This document shows, one piece after another, positions 59,418 to 64,000 of a stretch of 64,000 nt of DNA. This DNA comes from the human T2T-CHM13v2.0 reference genome, Homo sapiens. The stretch is from assembly GCF_009914755.1 (NCBI RefSeq), contig NC_060928.1. One strand, 5' to 3'. Each line of letters opens with the position of its first letter. The first letter of the stretch is position 1. A program made the translations under genes and the position numbers. The notes beneath the pieces were generated by a model. It was not told the DNA's origin. It ran no database searches and worked only from the letters and a program-made list of their open reading frames with translations.

Positions 59418-62400
59418 TTGCTACAGGATTATTGGAAAAGGTTGAACAGCTGTCACCCAGATCCTGAGAAACTGAGAAGAAGCAGCATTACTCCAGTGAG
59501 AAATTATGGTTTAGGTCCAAGGAAATATCATGAGATTTCTTTCCTTGCCTGCTACCCTATCCCTTTAAACATTTCAGTAGCATTACATCTATGCATCTGT
59601 GTTCCAGCATCCTAGAATGGCAGAGCTGAAAGGATCTTCAGAACATGTAGACAAAGCTGCTCTTCATTTTTCACATGGAGAAACCAAGGACCCAGGAAGA
59701 GGAAAAGATCTATTAAAGAGCACACAGATAATTTATCCCAGAGTCAAGACTGGAATAAAAAGGTTTGAATGGCAGGTCAAAGAAATATTTGATTCATTAA
59801 GCTTTCTGTCAAGCATCCAACAAATATTCAACAAAATTTACTATCTGCAATATATTATACTAGGTTCTAGGACAAATGGTGTGTTCTCTCAGAGGCCCAC
59901 AACCTATGTGAAAACCCTAGGTGCTAGAGTGTTAGGGTTCATAGAAATAACAACCTATTTTTCCACTCCTGGATTTAAAACCACATGAGAAAATAAAACA
60001 TGAGAAAGATAGGGATCAAATTATCACTAAATGATTGGCTAATGGCTTTAGAGCTCTAGCCAGGTAAGTGTGTTAATATCCTCTTCCTTGAGTATACATT
60101 TAAGGCCATTCCAATTGAACTGAAGTTTAGGTCCATTTGGCAGACACAGGCGAGTGGAATTATCACCTCATGACTGATCTGGAAAGAAAGGAAATGGGCG
60201 ACTGAATCCCCAAGGCTTGCAAATTCTTGGTGGATTAGCTACACCAAGAAAGAAATGTGGACCAGTGGCTAAGCACCCCCTATGACTTGTGGGGAGATAA
60301 AGCAGAGAAACTCCCACATGGAACTGGGAGACTGGGGGACAGTGGAAGAAAGTGAAGGCCGGTACTCCTCCTGACACTTCCTTGATGTTTCAGTTCTCTT
60401 AACCTATTAACTTAACCCCTGAGACCGTGGTCAACCAAGAGTAAATCTGTCTCCTTTGTGGGAGGAGATCCACAGCCCATAGAGAGAGTCTGGCTACCAT
60501 CTTCCTGGGCCAACTCCTAAATATATGCATTCTGGATGGTGGCAAAATCACCACTAAAAGTGATTCTTAGGGTAGTAAAAATTAGTAAAAATAATCTTTA
60601 AGCATTATCATAGTTTTTAGTGTTCCAAAGCTGAACTCTACCTGACAACATAAACAGATATATAGTATGTCTGTAGTATTAAAATTTCATGGGTCAGGTG
60701 GGACAGAAACAAAATCTATAAAGCTCCTATGGGATATTGCCTTCATTGAGAATACATGTGTTATGGATCTGGCCCAGAAGATGACTGTGATAATGAAAAA
60801 AAGATTGAGAGAAACGCCCTCATGCTAAACTTGTCTCTGATGTATATGCTCCTGGGACCACAAGTGAGTATTTCACCTTTTGCCACAGAAAGCTCTGAAG
60901 TCATAAACCAAAAGACCGAAAGACACTTCTATCCAGTAAATAGTACCAGCCCTGATAGCTTAAGAGAAGAAAAGGAACTTTGCTTAAGTTGTGGGTTAAA
61001 CTACTGAAAGTTTATCTGAACATTTTGGTGAGGAAGAGAGATTCTGAATAAAGAAAATGGTGTATCAGCAGCTTCCTGCCAAAGCAGTAAGGGATGATGC
61101 AGTAAGAGGTGTGACTCTAGGAATGGAACATTAGAAACCTGGGGAAAGATCAGGCATAGACTAGGGTAAGATGAATGAGGCATCTAGAGTATAAAATGTA
61201 AGGAAGGGTAGGTAGCTACATAACCTGAGGGTAGGCAGCTACTTCCTTAATGTTCCAGTGAAGGCACCTCACTAGACTTACCCTTAACCCCACCTGAGAA
61301 ATACAGAGGCTTGAGTTGGCCATACTAGAGTTCTTGGTCTTCATTAGCCCCTCGGGGCTCAGGATTTGGTAGGTTTGCCAGATGATTTGACTCAGGAATG
61401 TGCTAAGGCTGCACGTCCAGCTGAACAAATGTACAAACCAGAAGGAAGCCTTCCCTGGGGGCAGGTGTTCTAGCCTAGGCAGTTTCACAGTGAGAAGATA
61501 TGGTCTCTTTCCTTACAACAGCTTTTAGGTGCCTCATTGAGAAAGTCTCCATTCTTAAGGTAAGAGTAGCTGCAACGCTGAAATTGCTGTCCCTTTCCAT
61601 GCTGTCATATCAACTGTACGGTGAGGGAATTTAGGGTTAGGATAAGCAAATCTCCTTTTGATGTACCCAGGACTGGTATCCACATCTATCTAAATTACCT
61701 GCCATAAGGTAACAACAAATATGTTCCTAGTAAAGCAGCTAACTAATACCATAAAATGGTGGTGGGTGTGAAATGAAAGAAAGTGTAGTTCTTTCATGTA
61801 TATCTATTTTTTTGTGTGTCCTTGCCCTTCTAATCTGAGTGGCTGTGAACTCAGGAGGTGGTGTGTGTGTGTGCGCACATGCGCACGTGCTTGGCATATG
61901 TGTGAGTGGGTGAAGGTGATTTGATTTAATTATAAGCCTCATTCACTCAGACAGAGGAAAATAGAAATTAACTTCCATTATTTCACTAACTCTACTCCTT
62001 CATCTGAATTTTCACAATGACATCTTTGAATATGCATCCTTTATCTACAGTAGCCTTAATTGCAGGGGCTGCACCCCTGACAGTCCTGCTTAGAGCAGCA
62101 TTCACAAAACGCTCTTTTTCCAATTACTGTGTTTCAGAAAACAGCAACAATTCCCCGGACCATGGCCACCGAATTTCCTTTCCACAAATATCGGTTCAGC
62201 CTCTTAAAAGTTGAATGAATAAGCATATAGCTTCCTTGGAAGTTAACTTCAAGTTGACCTGTCTTTTTCCTTATCTATTTTATTAATAGGTTTCTCTTTT
62301 CAGGTATTGTAAAAATGAGATGAGTAGAAAATTATTTTTGGCATATGGAACTTGGACCTCCTGAAGGAGCTTAACTTAGAGTTTGGATCTTGTCACTGAT

Positions 62401-62696
62401 GATCCAGTCATTTAATACCTATCTACGAAGCACTGATCGTGTGTTTTGTGGCTTTCAATTGTCATAGCCATGCTCACTGCCTTTCCCCAGCCAGCCCTGC
62501 CCTCCTCATTTTATGCTGGGTCTCTCAAACTCAGTGTTCCTTGCATGTTTAGAATTCTTTTCCTGGGGGGATTATTTGATTGATCTTGTTTGAGTTACTT
62601 AGCCTCTCTGTGTCTCAATATTCTGATCTCTAAAACTGGGATAATAATGGTGCCTACCTCTTTGGGTTTCTTGAGGAATAAAAGAATTAATAATTA

Positions 62697-64000
<1,304 letters not shown>

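Noticed and set aside
61859-61890. Alternating purine-pyrimidine tract with a GCGCACATGCGCA NRF1-like look
   Set aside because: Best explained as a decayed (TG)/(CA) microsatellite; the motif is imperfect

Overview
Primate (hominid-like, probably human) nuclear DNA: about 40% GC, CpG-poor and dominated by interspersed repeats. I found no intact cellular protein-coding gene. Main recognisable contents: a processed pseudogene of C9orf78 (~6.8-8.4 kb); a full-length L1PA2-type LINE-1 on the minus strand (39155-45184, 14-bp TSD; ORF1 frameshifted, ORF2 stopped by one nonsense codon, antisense ORF0 intact); several truncated or 5'-inverted L1s; a complete THE1 (MaLR) provirus; nested ERV1 LTRs; Alus; MIR/L2; and small DNA transposons. 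The most notable structure not explained by ordinary repeat annotation is a ~570-bp inverted duplication (36045-36609 / 37374-37946, ~89% identity by manual alignment). It lies between two co-oriented L1 3' ends that appear to share a conversion patch, and it is bordered by Tigger2-like ends. A second, more speculative lead is a set of + strand splice sites downstream of the L1 antisense promoter that would join ORF0 in frame. Repeat subfamily calls come from recalled consensus sequences, not a RepeatMasker run, and boundaries of old elements are approximate.
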